In this document: positions 11,411 to 23,799 of the stretch, piece by piece
Numbering within the stretch: position 1 is the first letter of the stretch
Layout of the letters: each line of letters opens with the position of its first letter
Source of the DNA: Psammoneis japonica
Lineage: Eukaryota
Direction: 5' to 3'
Length of the DNA stretch: 51,150 nt
NCBI GenBank assembly: GCA_008632985.1
Contig: QPGO01000130.1
Coordinates: 186,001-237,150, forward strand
Program-made: the position numbers and the translations under genes
Notes under the pieces: model-generated
What the model was told of the DNA's origin: nothing
Seen by the model: the letters and a program-made list of their open reading frames with translations, nothing else
The model's database searches: none

Positions 11411-14400
11411 CGTAGAAGTGTTCGTATGCACTTGTGTGTGTGCGGAGTGCATGGGCAGTCACCACAGGCCACAGACTCCAATCTCGAATGCAAACAGTCT
11501 GACATTAAAACCCAATGGTTTGGCCTGGGAAATTTTCATTCCTAATGTGAACAATCCCCCAGGGACCCAACAGCACTGCAGTTGACACAGGGTGGGTTTG
11601 GGGAATTTTAAAAGACTGAGACAACTCAACAGAGCTTGTGACACAAGACAATGATTGTCACAGCATCATCAACAACTTTCAAAGTCATTGAAAAATGACT
11701 GTTGACCATTGCAAAATTGAGTTCACTGAACATCACACACACAGCCGAAAGAATTGACAAATCCGTCTGGTCATCCTCAATCCAAATTTCGCGTGCCACA
11801 CGCACTCACCACTCTGACTCCAAGGACCAACAAACAATGATGCATTGAACCCCAAGTCCTCACCACAGGTTGCAGATTCCAATCTTGAACATGAATGGTC
11901 TGACATTAAAACCTGGTGGTTTGGCCTGGGAATTTTCGTTCCCAATGTGAACACCCCCCCCAGGGACCCGACAGTGCTGCAGTTGATGTGCCATCATGAC
12001 TCACTTGCAAAATTGCTTTAATCTGATTGCTGAACTCTACACTGCTCAAGTGAAGAGAGTGAATGATGGCAGTTGTGCCATCAACTGCGCTTGACATGGA
12101 CCGTTGTTGGCGCAAGTGGTTTGGAGTTTGCAATGGTTGCAGATTCTTGGGTCTTCTGGGTTGGGGTCTGGAATCACAAAGAAATGTTGGTGTTTGATCA
12201 TTTGCAAAGAGATGTTGACACTGAATTGTTGAACTCATTCTCTGATGCATCAGAGAAAGGCATTTGAAGACCATCTGCCAATCAGCATGATCAAGCAAAC
12301 AGGTGCTTGTGCAAGACACATTGCCACAGCTGCTCCCAAACAAATGGAGTGAGCTCTGATTTCATGAGCTTTGCATCCCAACTCATCTTTGCCTGTCACT
12401 GTTGCTGCTGCTTGCATCTAAGACAGGATGATGAAAGAGGATGGAGAGTGCAGTTTTCCATCGGCACAGATGGTGCACGCTGGGGAGTCTGGAGCAGAGC
12501 CTGGATGGGACAGCACATGACAGACCACTGCTGCCCATGTGTGGACTGGACAGAGCAGGTTGTCCCCAGTGCAAAACATTGTGATGGTGTTGCATCTCTC
12601 ATCATTCTTTTGGCATTTGAAGGTGATGAAGATGGTGTCAGCCAAGGCCAAGTCTGGATCTTTGTGCTGAAGCTTGGTGTTGTCCTGGAAGAAGCAGAGA
12701 TTCTTGAGGGTCAGAAGTTTGGTTCATTGGTTGCCTTTGGTCTTGAAGTGCTTGCAAGAGTGCATGATGAAGAACCAAGCTCCGACAGTCAGTTGGCTTG
12801 TGGCAACGTCATCACACATCATTTGGTTTTGGGACAAAGCTTGGAGGAGAGAGGCGGTGATCACTTTCTGCTGCTCCTGTTGTCCGTCTCATTGGTTTTT
12901 GCAGCCTTGACACTGGTGGAGTAAAAGGTGCGAGGTTTGTCCATCCTTGTCCAACCTTGGGTCCTTCCTGTTGCAAGACCTGAAGGTCGATGAGCCATGC
13001 CACATCATCCACGGCAACTCCAATGGTCCCTGCCACCAGTGTGTCAAATCATTCTGCTGAGAAGTGTCCTTCTTGCACAGCTGCTGTGAAGGCTCCAAGA
13101 GTGCAGTGTTGTTGGGTGATGGTGAGTTCGTTCATTGCCAAGAAACTTCTCCCAGCGGGTGAAAGAGCTGCGTCTCACTTCTTGTTGGTTTCTTCCACAC
13201 TTGCTTGTTGATGAGCATCTTTGGCGCCAAGGAGGTCAGCCAAGAAACAATTTCATTGGGCAGTGGCAAGATGCAAAAACTTTGAGGAACCTGCTTGGGT
13301 GCAACATGGCAAAGCAAACAGATGAGTGTGTCATCGGATGAGTTTCCGTCTCCGGACAGACAATCGCTGGTGACATTCTTCTTTCCAGGGAACCACTGGC
13401 TGAAGGAATTAACAGATGCAAATTGACGGGCAATCTCCATTTGCTCTGGGTCAGATTCTTTGTCAAAGTTGGATTTCTGCAGCCAGCTGGAGGCTGTGGC
13501 ACTGTCGCCTTGGGAGAGGACACATGAAAGATGAAAGTGGTGGTGGGTTTGCCTTTGATGGAGTCGATCCAGGGACATGTGACACTGGAAATGAATTCCT
13601 TGGTGTTTGGTGTGAGGCTGTGTGCCAGGTGTTGTGGGAGTTAAAATCGGAAAGCCCACCCAGCTGTGATGTTGCAGCCGCCAATGCCGTGTTCCGATGC
13701 ATCGGATCGACAGATGTGTGTTGGCTTGCGGCAAGTGACGAGGTTTGGGCTGACACCATTTTGAGCTTGTTTGAGGAAATTTGTCCAGAGTCTTGCATCT
13801 TTAATCTCTGATGGTTTTAATTTACACCATCTCCTGTTTTCCAAGTGCATCACAAGTCGATGGAGCCGACTTAGAAAATGGCGAGCGTGTGGGATGATTT
13901 GTCCCACAGATGGTTGAGCCAGCCGACAAATTGCTCGATTTCTTTGAAAAAGCATCCTCCTTTTTTGATGAGAGATTGGAGTTGGTTGGACCAAGCAACA
14001 AGTTCATGTTCTGTCAGAGAGATGCTCATGTGACGGGCGTCCAACAACCAACAGAGCACTGTCTTGAGTTCTTCAAGTCATCCTTTGGTGAAGAGTTTCT
14101 TCAAGCAGGTGAGACCATCTCATGTTGGGTGTTCTTTGGGTGAACTGGTCAGCCAATGGCATGAATCCCTGACAGTGCTGCCACTTCTTCTCGTTTGACA
14201 TTGTTGTTTGGGTCGGGTTTGACTGTGTGGCTGTGTTGTCCATGCAGACATCGACGACGCCATTGTCGTTGGATGGGATCTTGACTGTGAATTCAAGAGC
14301 TGGAGCAAATGGTGAATCATTGCTTTTACAGCAAGGAGAAGGGAGGTGGTCTTGAACTGGGTTTTGCAAAGCAGATGGGGCACCGGACTTGCATTGGAGG

Positions 14401-14700
14401 ATGTCGTTGGACAAATCGCAAGCAGATGTTCGGAGATGTCGCCTCACAAGTTTGGGTTTGGCTTGCCTCCAAAGGTGAGTCGGAGGGCCAGAAGGGCTGG
14501 ATCATCCAAAGTGACAATCATTTGGACTGTGGTGTCACTGTCCAGATGGCCATGATGGCAGGCTGATTTGCAATCAATCTTCTGGATCAGGGCCTGGGTT
14601 TGTGGGTGATGCAAGAAGCGGGCTGACACATGCAATGGATCAGGTGGCAAAGCATGTTTCCACACAACATGCAGGGAGTGAGTTCTTCGGAGATGACTCT
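9730..14700. other. TpA-depleted (hypermutated) repeat domain 2
   Basis: TA nearly absent, CG reduced, TG/CA excess. Covers the LINE and the YR retroelement. Confidence 0.85.
11462..11988 (-). repeat. Pair of about 125-bp direct repeats (11462-11586 and 11861-11988) at the 3' end of the YR element
   Basis: Shared GTCTGACATTAAAACC, TGGTTTGGCCTGGGAA, AATGTGAACA, CCCCCAGGGACCC. Arrangement fits the B1-A2-B2 split direct repeats of Ngaro/PAT elements. Confidence 0.85.
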
Positions 14701-14860
14701 GGAGTTCACTTAAGTCCCTGAACTGAATTTGAAGGATTGTTCATGGGCAAAGAGTTTGGATGGTGCTGCTTCCCCTTGTTCATTTGTTGATCGTGTCTTG
14801 TTCGGCAACTCCCAGTGGACAGACCGCCACTGCGATTCTCGCTCGCAGTAAGTGGCGACA
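11462..14860 (-). mobile_element. Tyrosine-recombinase retrotransposon (Ngaro/DIRS-like), 5'-truncated and decayed: RT, RNase H, YR
   Basis: RT: KIDCKSAC, LRLTFGGKPNP, VDVCMDN (YxDD). RNase H: RSDASEHGIGG, GDSATA, SQWFPGKKNVTSDCLS. YR: ITFKCQKN, LCPV, HSI..GAAVAM, GRWSSNAFL. Confidence 0.85.
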
Positions 14861-14866
14861 CCCAAA

Positions 14867-15199
14867 GTACGACAAATTGCAAAACAATTGCGCGATACAC
14901 GTGCCCGAAGGTCGAATATCGTTGCCCGAAGCAACATTCTTCCTTCGCGCAGATGTCCATTCTACATAGTACATGGTATTGATAATCTTATTGTAGTCGC
15001 ATGAGTCGTTGAAGTAATTTCATCAATGACCTCTGTGGTACTGTGCTACGTGATCTACACAAATCGGACATTCTCGAATAAATGCTGGTATATTTTCTAC
15101 AGTACGGTCTCTACGTGCGCGAAGCTCGAATTTCGTGCCCGAAGCAACAATCACCCTTCGGGCACGTGTATCGCGCAATTGTTCAGCAATTCGTAGTAC
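14867..15199. mobile_element. MITE-like element with about 45-bp terminal inverted repeats
   Basis: 14867-14911 is the reverse complement of 15155-15199, with perfect core AACAATTGCGCGATACACGTGCCCGAAGG. Internal direct repeat TGCCCGAAGCAACA. No clean TSD. Confidence 0.65.
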
Positions 15200-15314
15200 C
15201 AGTAAGTACAGTATGCGTTGCATCTACTGGTAGTTGCATGTTGCATGTTGCATTAATAACATATCACTGTCGTTGATGCCAACGCTGGAAACTGTGAAAC
15301 CACCCTAACATAAA

Positions 15315-16291
15315 ATGCCTCGACCTCCCAATCCAAACAATGCCTCTCGACATGGCTATCAAGGATCATCGTTTCAGCCGAGACGGAGCTTTGCGCTGAC
15401 TATTCCAACGGTCGACCAGGCCACGTTCGAGGCGGTACAGAAATTCATTCGCAAACGGCAGCCGGGATTGGCTCATCGAGCCGCGTGGGATCAGGCACGT
15501 TTCAAGTCAGAACGCATTGCAGATGAAGTGCAAGACCTTCAGGAACGGCTGGTAGAGTTGAACGATGAAAAAGACGAGACGATTCGTGACATTCAAAGCG
15601 CAAAAGACGAGCAACTGGAACGGACGCTCGCAAAGATGGAGAAGAAATTAAGACTGGAACACGAACGGGTACAAAAAGAAAAGGACGAGGAGTTTTCGAG
15701 AGAGATGAAAGCAACAACGGATCGACAACAAAAGCTTAGGAAAGAACAGGAAAACAAACGAGCTCTGAATGATTTGGGCGCGGACGCAGGGCCTCCCACA
15801 AAGCGACCCAAGCTAAACTCGGCATCAGAAAATCAAGACAGCATGGACATCGAGAAAAACTCAGAGGAGAACGAGGTGAGTCATTTCTTATTCATGTTCG
15901 AAGCTCAGAAAACGAATGATGATATGAATCTAACATGAACCTTCTGCTGAATCTCTTCAGAAACAAGAAAGTGCAGCAAAACGAGAAGAACTAAAGGTAG
16001 ATTACCATCTGTCGTGGGGAGTGCGATTCAACTTATTTTCGCGTCAAGACTCGTCTGTTCTAATTTTCTGCGTTGTTATCTTTTGTTTGAATAGAAGGCT
16101 AAAAACGAGTTGGACAATTTGAAAGAAACAAAGAGTCAAATGGTGTGGCTGCTACGTCAGGTGCGTTGGTTTATTGTCGTGTCCTCGATTCATTTCAACC
16201 ATTATTCTGACCGCTTTTGTGTGAATACTGTTCTCAGGTGATTACTGCTGAAAAGAAAAAGAAGGATCGAGTAAAAGAAGAAAGTAAATGA
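15315..16291 (+). CDS. Hypothetical coiled-coil protein, 4 exons (15315-15875, 15961-15996, 16095-16160, 16238-16291)
   Basis: GT-AG introns keep the frame to TGA at 16289-16291. E/K/R-rich coiled coil and a PPTKRPK NLS-like motif. Confidence 0.75.
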
Positions 16292-16439
16292 TAGATATTG
16301 ATTTCGTGCAATGCGACTCTCGTTATTGCTCTATGATTTACGACGCGATCCTTTCCGCACATTACATTCTGTATCGAGTATTTGTCTAACTCTGTCTAAT
16401 TAGCAGCTTATTATTGAAATATAGAGGATACCGTGCGTT

Positions 16440-18084
16440 TTAACTGCGGTAATCAGCATTGACTGCAACGTATTCTTTTGTCAAATCGCTTCCAAGAACA
16501 CAAGCCGTGCCACTTCCAACACCGTCACCAAAGTCCACTCCGATCTCCACAAACTTTTGATGCTGAGGAAATTCACCATGCTCATCTAGCTGAGCATCCT
16601 TCATGTGATTGCTCAATTCTCGTTCCACCGCATCACCCTCCAAGACGAATTTGCCATTTGCAAAAATTTCCCGTCCGCCAAGCGTCAACACAACCTTGTC
16701 GGTCGATTTGCCGACAAAAAACTTTCCCATAAAGGATCCAATCGCTCCGGCGAGACGACCCGTGTTGGGGTCATTACCGGCAACGGCACATTTAAAGAGT
16801 GGCGAATTGCAAATGTGTCGACCGAGACGACGGGCGTCGTGGTCCGAGCCGGGGAAATTGGAAATTTGTACCCTCATGACGTGTGCCGTGCCTTCACCGT
16901 TGCGGACAATGTCGGACGACAGGCCGAGACAAACCTCGTTGAGGGCGGATTGGAATTCCGACAAGTCGACAGTCTCGGATATTTGATTAGAGGCAATAAG
17001 AGCCACAGTGTCGCTAGTAGATTCGTCTCCGTCAATGGACATGGAGTTGAAGGAAGCGTCGACGGCGCTCTTGAGCAATTTTTGTAGTGTTTCTTTTTCG
17101 ACTGTAGCGTCAGTCATGATGTAAGAAAGCATGGTTGCCATATTGGGTTCAATCATTCCTGCACCCTGATAGATGAGTAAAGGGTGGAAGTGATGACTCA
17201 AGCTGTGAGCAAACGACGTGAATCGGGAACAACATCTAGTCGAGCAACACAAAAAAGGTTCAGTTACCTTCGCAATTCCAACAATTCTAGCCCCATTCGA
17301 CAATGTCTTGCTTCGTACTTTAGGAAAGCGATCCGTCGTCATGATGGCACTTGACGCATCCAAGGCACTTTTGGATTGAAGAGCCTCGACCGCCTTGGGA
17401 GCCACGTCGGTGGCAAGCTCCTTGGCTGGCAATCTCCATCCAATCACCCCCGTGCTGGATGGCAAGACGGTTTCGGCTCCACCCTCCAAATCCAAAGCAG
17501 ATGCCACAGCCTCACACACGAGTTCGGCATCGGCCACACCGTCGCCTCCGGGACAAACATTGGAAACCTTGTTGTTAATCACAATGGCATGGAGTGGTCC
17601 GCCCTTGGCGAGACGCGACCTTCCAACCTTGACGGGAGAGCCAGGAAACTGGTTCGAAAACAGAAATCGCAATGGTGAGAAGACAAAGCTTTTCAAAGAC
17701 ATTGAATTATTCACCATGCAACATTTTAATTACCTTGTTGCTTGTAAAGACGGCAGCCCAATTGTCGGTTGCACCCTCGGTCAAGTGAATCACTGTGCAT
17801 GAAATGGGAAGATCACCCATGAGCGGCGCCTCGACCGGTACAAAGGTTCCCTTGGCGGTGCCAGTTGCAAATCCAAGAGGCAATTTAGCCACGGATTCAA
17901 GGTATTCCATGTATGTTTCCTTGGTTTCAAAGTCGGGCAAAACCACGTCGGTATCGCCGCTACGTTCTCTCAATCTTGTTCTCAAAGTAGTAGCTTTTCT
18001 AGTAGCAGTCGTAGAAAAGGCCGACACTTGACAAGTCAAGGCAGCATAAAAGCTCAATCCCATTGTAACACTTGAAAACCTCAT
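16440..18084 (-). CDS. argJ: Ornithine acetyltransferase / glutamate N-acetyltransferase, probably plastid-targeted, 3 exons (18084-17734, 17648-17268, 17165-16440)
   Basis: Spliced AKGAGMIEPNMATML autocleavage motif, plus SSTGVIG, IMTTD, DGDESTSD, RNGEG, GNDPN, NADYRS. N-terminal signal peptide ending VSA-F. Confidence 0.95.
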
Positions 18085-18719
18085 TCTCTGTTGTAAAATC
18101 GAGAGACAATGGCACTGACAACCCCGATAAAACGTGTGTTTTCTGTGTAAAGTGAGAAAAAGATGAGTGGTCAAAGTTTGGTGGCAGATCGAAGTTCGAA
18201 ATTGCAAATCTTTGTGCAACCGAAGTTTGTGGTGCGCGAAGATCACGTTGAAACGCGCTGAATACATACCTACGCACGGTAATACAGTATTGTCGATGAT
18301 GTGTGTACGGACGAGAACCGTAGAAAGCTTGTACCAATTTTTCGTATGTAGCGTTCTACATGCACAGTCATTGTACGGAAGCCTACGGTCGGCCCAGTTG
18401 TTCCCCGAGACACGCCGTGTTTATTCTTGACAGTTGACAGCACTTGAAAGCAATCACAACACACAACAGCAAGGGGTTCAAAGCAAAAGAGAAGATCAGC
18501 TCTGGTTGAAGTGTATCGACATTTTGTACTTAATTTGGGTGTTTAAGATAGTTTTTTGAGAGGCGCTCCTTTTTTTCTTTCGGATTTTCGGGGCTTCATA
18601 TCGACCTTACGCAGAGTGTAGCGTGCTTTTGATTTTCGAGTGACAGCACCAGACGTTTCGTTGAATTGTTGACGGTTTGTTTACGCCATATCACAACTAA
18701 AGAATAATCTCGTTACAAT

Positions 18720-19679
18720 ATGGGTAATCAACAACCGATGAATGGCGCGGGAGGCCCACCTCCAGGCGCAGATGATCCCCGGCTAGGTCAAACCATGGGC
18801 GGAGCTCCACCGGGAGGCTATGCGGCCGGTGGCGGCTTTGCGGCTCCCAAGGGACAACAACCACAACACGGATATTCCTATCAAGGTCCCATTCATAGTA
18901 ATCAAGTTGATCAAAAACCATTAGCACGGTCGTCAAGTGACACGTCCATGACTCTGCTGGATGGGGATAACAGCGCGGCTGCTGCGCAACAACAACAACC
19001 GCTGGACATTGTCAATATGCTCGATGACGACACGGTCCCGACTGTCTTTCGTTGGGAACACGGTGGTCGACAAGTGTACATTACAGGTACCTTTAATGGT
19101 TGGAGTCGACAGATCCCCATGCACCGATCGGGAAACGACTTTACCTACATTCACAATCTCAAACGCGAAAAGCACGCTTTCAAGTTTATTGTGGATGACG
19201 AGTGGCGGTTCGCACCCGACCAGCCCACTGTGACGGACATTGAGGGACGAATCAACAATTTTATTGATGTATCCGATTTCAAGCCGTACACGGGAGATCG
19301 GGATTTCGAAAAGGAAAAGGCGGCGGCCGAGTATGGGTGCTTTAGTCCCGTCGAACAGGGCGACAAGCAAGACGCCGCCGTGTCGTCGGATGGCAAGCCG
19401 GCACCCGATCGGGATGGCGAAGTGTATTCGCACAATATGCCCGATTTGGACGAGTACACCAAGGAGCCACCGCCGTTGCCGCCGCATTTGCGTCATATCA
19501 TTCTCAACAAGCCACCGCAGCTTCAAGACACGGCGGCGCTGCCTGTGCCGCAGCATGTGGCACTCAATCACTTGTACTGTACGGCAATCAGGGACAATAT
19601 GATGGTGCTGGGAATTACACAACGCTACAAGACAAAGTTTGTCACGACTGTTTACTATTCGCCTTGTGACAGTAAATGA
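18720..19679 (+). CDS. AMPK/SNF1 protein kinase regulatory beta subunit, 319 aa
   Basis: MG myristoylation start, CBM48 (PTVFRWEHGGRQVYITGTFNGW...FKFIVDDEW), ASC domain (PPPLPPHL, HVALNHLY, RYKTKFVTTVYY). Confidence 0.95.
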   Translation: MGNQQPMNGAGGPPPGADDPRLGQTMGGAPPGGYAAGGGFAAPKGQQPQHGYSYQGPIHSNQVDQKPLARSSSDTSMTLLDGDNSAAAAQQQQPLDIVNMLDDDTVPTVFRWEHGGRQVYITGTFNGWSRQIPMHRSGNDFTYIHNLKREKHAFKFIVDDEWRFAPDQPTVTDIEGRINNFIDVSDFKPYTGDRDFEKEKAAAEYGCFSPVEQGDKQDAAVSSDGKPAPDRDGEVYSHNMPDLDEYTKEPPPLPPHLRHIILNKPPQLQDTAALPVPQHVALNHLYCTAIRDNMMVLGITQRYKTKFVTTVYYSPCDSK

Positions 19680-20077
19680 GAAAACAACAAGCTTAAACTC
19701 TAGTCAATTCTTTCATGTGCAACTTTGTTGTGTTTCATACTGTAAATTTTTGCTGTAATGCTTCTCGTACGAGTACAGTGCTAGGCTCCCACGGGTGACG
19801 ACGTCTCTTCATCGATTTCATTAAACCGAAGCTCTAGAGGGATGGATGGAGGGCCTGTAGCCTACCTCAGAGTGGTCCAGCTTGGGTTGCTGTTGCTTCA
19901 CGCTGTTGCTACAAAAGACAAACAAGGATAGCGCACCTGAACAGAAGCTCCAGAACAGTTAAATTGAAAGAGCAATCGCCCATGATGCTCCCGAAAGAAC
20001 TAGACAATGATTGGTATGTACCATACTATTTTGGTTTTTGGTTTTCTAGTATAGCTTTATACCATGTCTTACACTCT

Positions 20078-20978
20078 CTATTGCAAGTGCTTGGTAATGG
20101 CTCCTTCAATAGCTTCCGCATTAGCTCCGTTGATAACGTCAACTTTCTCGCCATTTACAAAGTAATGAAAGGAAGGAACCGATCGAACACCCTCTCGTTT
20201 CATGAGCTTCGAAGCTGCGGGAGATGCATCCCCAATTACCTGTGATGGAGAAAGTACGAGGCACAAACAAGGACGTGAGTAAGCAGAAGCTATAGCGAAA
20301 GGAAGGCGAAAGGAAGGCTCTCCACAAGTATCCGCAATCAATATCAACAATCTCCCAAAGATATCAAGCATCCAGGCAAAGTAAGCATGACCACCGTTGG
20401 GATGCATTCGTTCTCTTGAGTCGATGGCCTGATCCTTTCTCACAACTCATTCCCAAATTCAACACCGAAAGGCAAGTCCCTTACCTTGAGAAAGACAGCA
20501 TCAGGATACTTATCGCTAAACTCATCAAATTTTGGGGCGATCACTGTAGAACAAACAATGATGTGTGAGAAAGTACAACCACAACGATGGAAGGAGTCAG
20601 CTCTCTCAACGAGGTGCAAGAGATAGATGGCCCAGCACGCATGACAACAGCGTGCCTTTTGTTCTCCCGTGAGTCGATAACCAGACATTTTCCCACCACT
20701 TCTCCCGACAAACAACCAAACACAAGTATCTCACCTTTGCAGGGGCCACACCAAGTCGTTGAGTAATCAATAACGACAAGCGACGATCCTGCGCTCTTGA
20801 TGGTGCTATCAAACGCAGCCTCGCTGTCAATGTCAACAACCTTCATGGAGAGGGCATTGGAACGACTAAAGGCCCTTTGGTGGGACACGCTCTTTGAACC
20901 CAAAAATGTTGTTGAGAAGGAGCTAGCCATGGACACTGCAAGAGCGCCGACTACGATGCTGAGAAGAATGCGATTCAT
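20078..20978 (-). CDS. Plastid thioredoxin (f-like), 3 exons (20978-20735, 20543-20485, 20239-20078)
   Basis: WCGPC active site, spliced KVIAPKF...FLKVIGD, VRSVPSF cis-Pro loop, signal plus transit peptide. Confidence 0.92.
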
Positions 20979-21508
20979 CTTGATTTGGTTGTCCCTCGAA
21001 TTAGCGAGTTTGTAGGGATAAGTGCTGGTGCAGGCTGAAAAGTTTGAGGTATGATCGATACCACCTTTCTTGCTGTTTCTATATAGTACCGACTCTAGAC
21101 AAGCGGTCGGTCACTACGGGTTTCCTTCGACAACAAAACAATCGAGATGGCACCTTGCCTTCGGCTTCTTCGTGCTTTCGTCGCCATCTTTTCGTGACAC
21201 GTGCGTGTTGGCGGCATTTTCGTGGAATCGTCGTACGAAACAAGCGTAAAGTTAGTCGAATGATTCAATCGCGTGTTGTACTTCAAGATGAGAATCTTGA
21301 ATACGGAGAGTGCAGTAGCGTTCACGTATGTAGGATCCTGTAGAAACACGGTAATTAAATGAATGATTCGACTAAAATGTGGCGCGAAAACTGAGAACAT
21401 CGAAAAATATCTTTTCAACACGACATAACGCAACGATCACAATACTTTCATTTGTTCTGTAGCCCTACAAGCAGTAGTTAGCTCTTGTATCACTTGCGAC
21501 ACTCGGTG

Positions 21509-23385
21509 ATGGATGGCACCACGGAAAACGACAGGGAAGCGCTCCGGGAGGATGTCCAATTGCTCAAGGTTCAACTGGAAAGTCTCGTGGCAAACCATGG
21601 CAGAGAAATCCGATCTCTCAGGGAGCAAGTGACCCGTCTGGCTTCATCGAATGGGGCACTCCGACGGGACATGGAAGCTCTCGAAATGAGGGTTGGTCAC
21701 AACAATGATGCTCTGAATCAAGCTGATTCAGATGATGATTTTGAGTTAGGCTCGATTGATTTCGGGGTCATTGATCTTCCGTCAGCAGCCGGAGATGAAG
21801 AAAACACGAGCAGAGATTCGGATGAAGTCGAGCTCGTCAAGGTTGTGCCGCCGCGACAAAATGCAAGTCAAGAGTCAAACGACCAAGTGGAAGTTATTGA
21901 GATCTCATCAACGGATGGAGATGATCAAGAAAATGTTGATGAAGCTTCAAGCAATGAGGTCAAGGTTGTTGAGGTTGTGCCGCCGTCGCCGCATGGAATC
22001 CGAGCAACGGCACGAGAAGATGCAAACGATCAAGTCGAGGATGTTGAGATCGTGTCGGCAGGTGGAGGCGAGGTTGATGAGCTTTTGCTGCCGCCGCATG
22101 GTGACCGAGAAACGACGAGAAGAGATTCAAACAACGACGTTGAAGCTGTTGAGATTTTGCCAACAGAGTCATTCTGTCGAAAAGTGGAGATCAAGAAAAC
22201 ACCGGTAGAGATTCAGACGAAGTCAGGGATGATGAAGCCATTTCGGTTGCTGACGGTCACAATGCCTCCTCCTTGGACACACCCAGTGATGCGTTTCAGA
22301 GTGTGGCTTCTTTGCCGCCGCATCAGGACCATGGTTCACACAATACCGTACCTTGCGCCAAACGGCACTCGTCATCTGGCGCACCGGCAATTGTGACTCA
22401 TCAGCCTGATGCTCCGACTTCCGAGTCTAGTGCCAGCAACGAGTTGGCGACCCTGAAAGCTACGTTTGTGGGGTCGACTCCACGATTTATAGGCTTGATC
22501 CATGTCTATGATTGGAAGAAAAATAGCTGGAGCCCGATTCTCTCCAATTATCAATCAAGCGATAGCGGAAAAAGGCTCAGAGCACAGCAAGTCCCAAAGG
22601 TGTGGAAAGATAAAGCGTGGTCCTTTCTAAAGGAGCAGTTTAGACACCTGACGGACTATTGCAAGGACAACGGAAATGGAAATGAACTTGGCCTGCTTTT
22701 TTTGGAAAAAGGTACGCAAGTAGTAACTACGATTGAATGTAAGGCTGCGGGTTTTGGTGTTGAGATCAAGCACGTTGCCACCGACGGTGAATTTCGGCGA
22801 AAAGGTTACGGTCGCATTGCCATGGCGCTGATAGTTGATGTTGCGCATCAGCTTCTTTCTCCCCGGTATTTTGATCCGCAGGTCGCCAACAAAGTGGTGG
22901 CCTTTCAGGGTTTCGCCAAAGCTAGCAAATTCTATGAAAAGAGCGGGTTTGTCGTCTTCAAGGGTGACAAGCTGGGTTTGGAAGGCAGCGGTGCGATGAG
23001 TTCCACGATCCGAAACTTCCTAAGAGGGCTAAATAGTTCAAAAGATCAAAAACTTTTGAGGGACGCTCGCAGAAACCTCCTCACCAAACGTTTGTCAGTC
23101 CATCGCACCTTGAAGAGGGAATCGATGGCACAGACGAATGCACCAGGTCCTGAAGTTCAACTGTCGTCACCAGCCAAGACAACACGCAAGCGTAAGCATG
23201 AAGAGCTGAATGAAACTTGGAAGGTGGGTGACTGCGTGATGGCTCCATGGAAAGGGAAAAGGTATGCTGGCTTAGTCGAGAGATTGCCGAGTAAATCGTT
23301 CTTCTTTTATCGCATCAGATGGATCAAGGAGAATAATTACACAGATCTACCTGTTAACGTTGTTCTTCTCCATCACGATGCGTGA
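21509..23385 (+). CDS. Coiled-coil + acidic repeats + GNAT acetyltransferase + Tudor-like protein, with a frame break near 22153-22185
   Basis: GNAT motif A VATDGEFRRKGYG and motif B KFYEKSGF. C-terminal WKVGDCVMAPWKGKRYAG. The acidic repeat GDxENTxRDSDEV continues across the frame change. Confidence 0.65.
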
Positions 23386-23799
23386 GCGGCTGGCTTTTGC
23401 TTAAAGGTTGTCGCTTTGTCGATGGATTTTACGTCGCTGTCCGTATACGCTGCACCGGATGCATTGTACTTTCTCGTGACATACATGAAAGAGAGTGCTT
23501 ACTTCATGAATTGAATGACTATGTTAAAGATCATAGATTTACGAAACTGTTCCTTCCGTGGCTTCCTATTCTAGCCATCATAATCTCCGAGATGCTTTGC
23601 GTACGCTGCATCTAGTAGAACTTCTCGTTTCGACTAGAGAAGGTGTTTTCCCGTCTTGCCCAGCGCACCGCATCAAGCCATTTTGAGCCCGTATCAGGTG
23701 ACACCTTGCCATCCCGTGACAAAAAAAAAAATGGAGTTCCTCAGCTAAGCGTTGTGGTTAACGTGGCAATGGGTTGGCAGGAGTAGCAGATGCTTTTCT

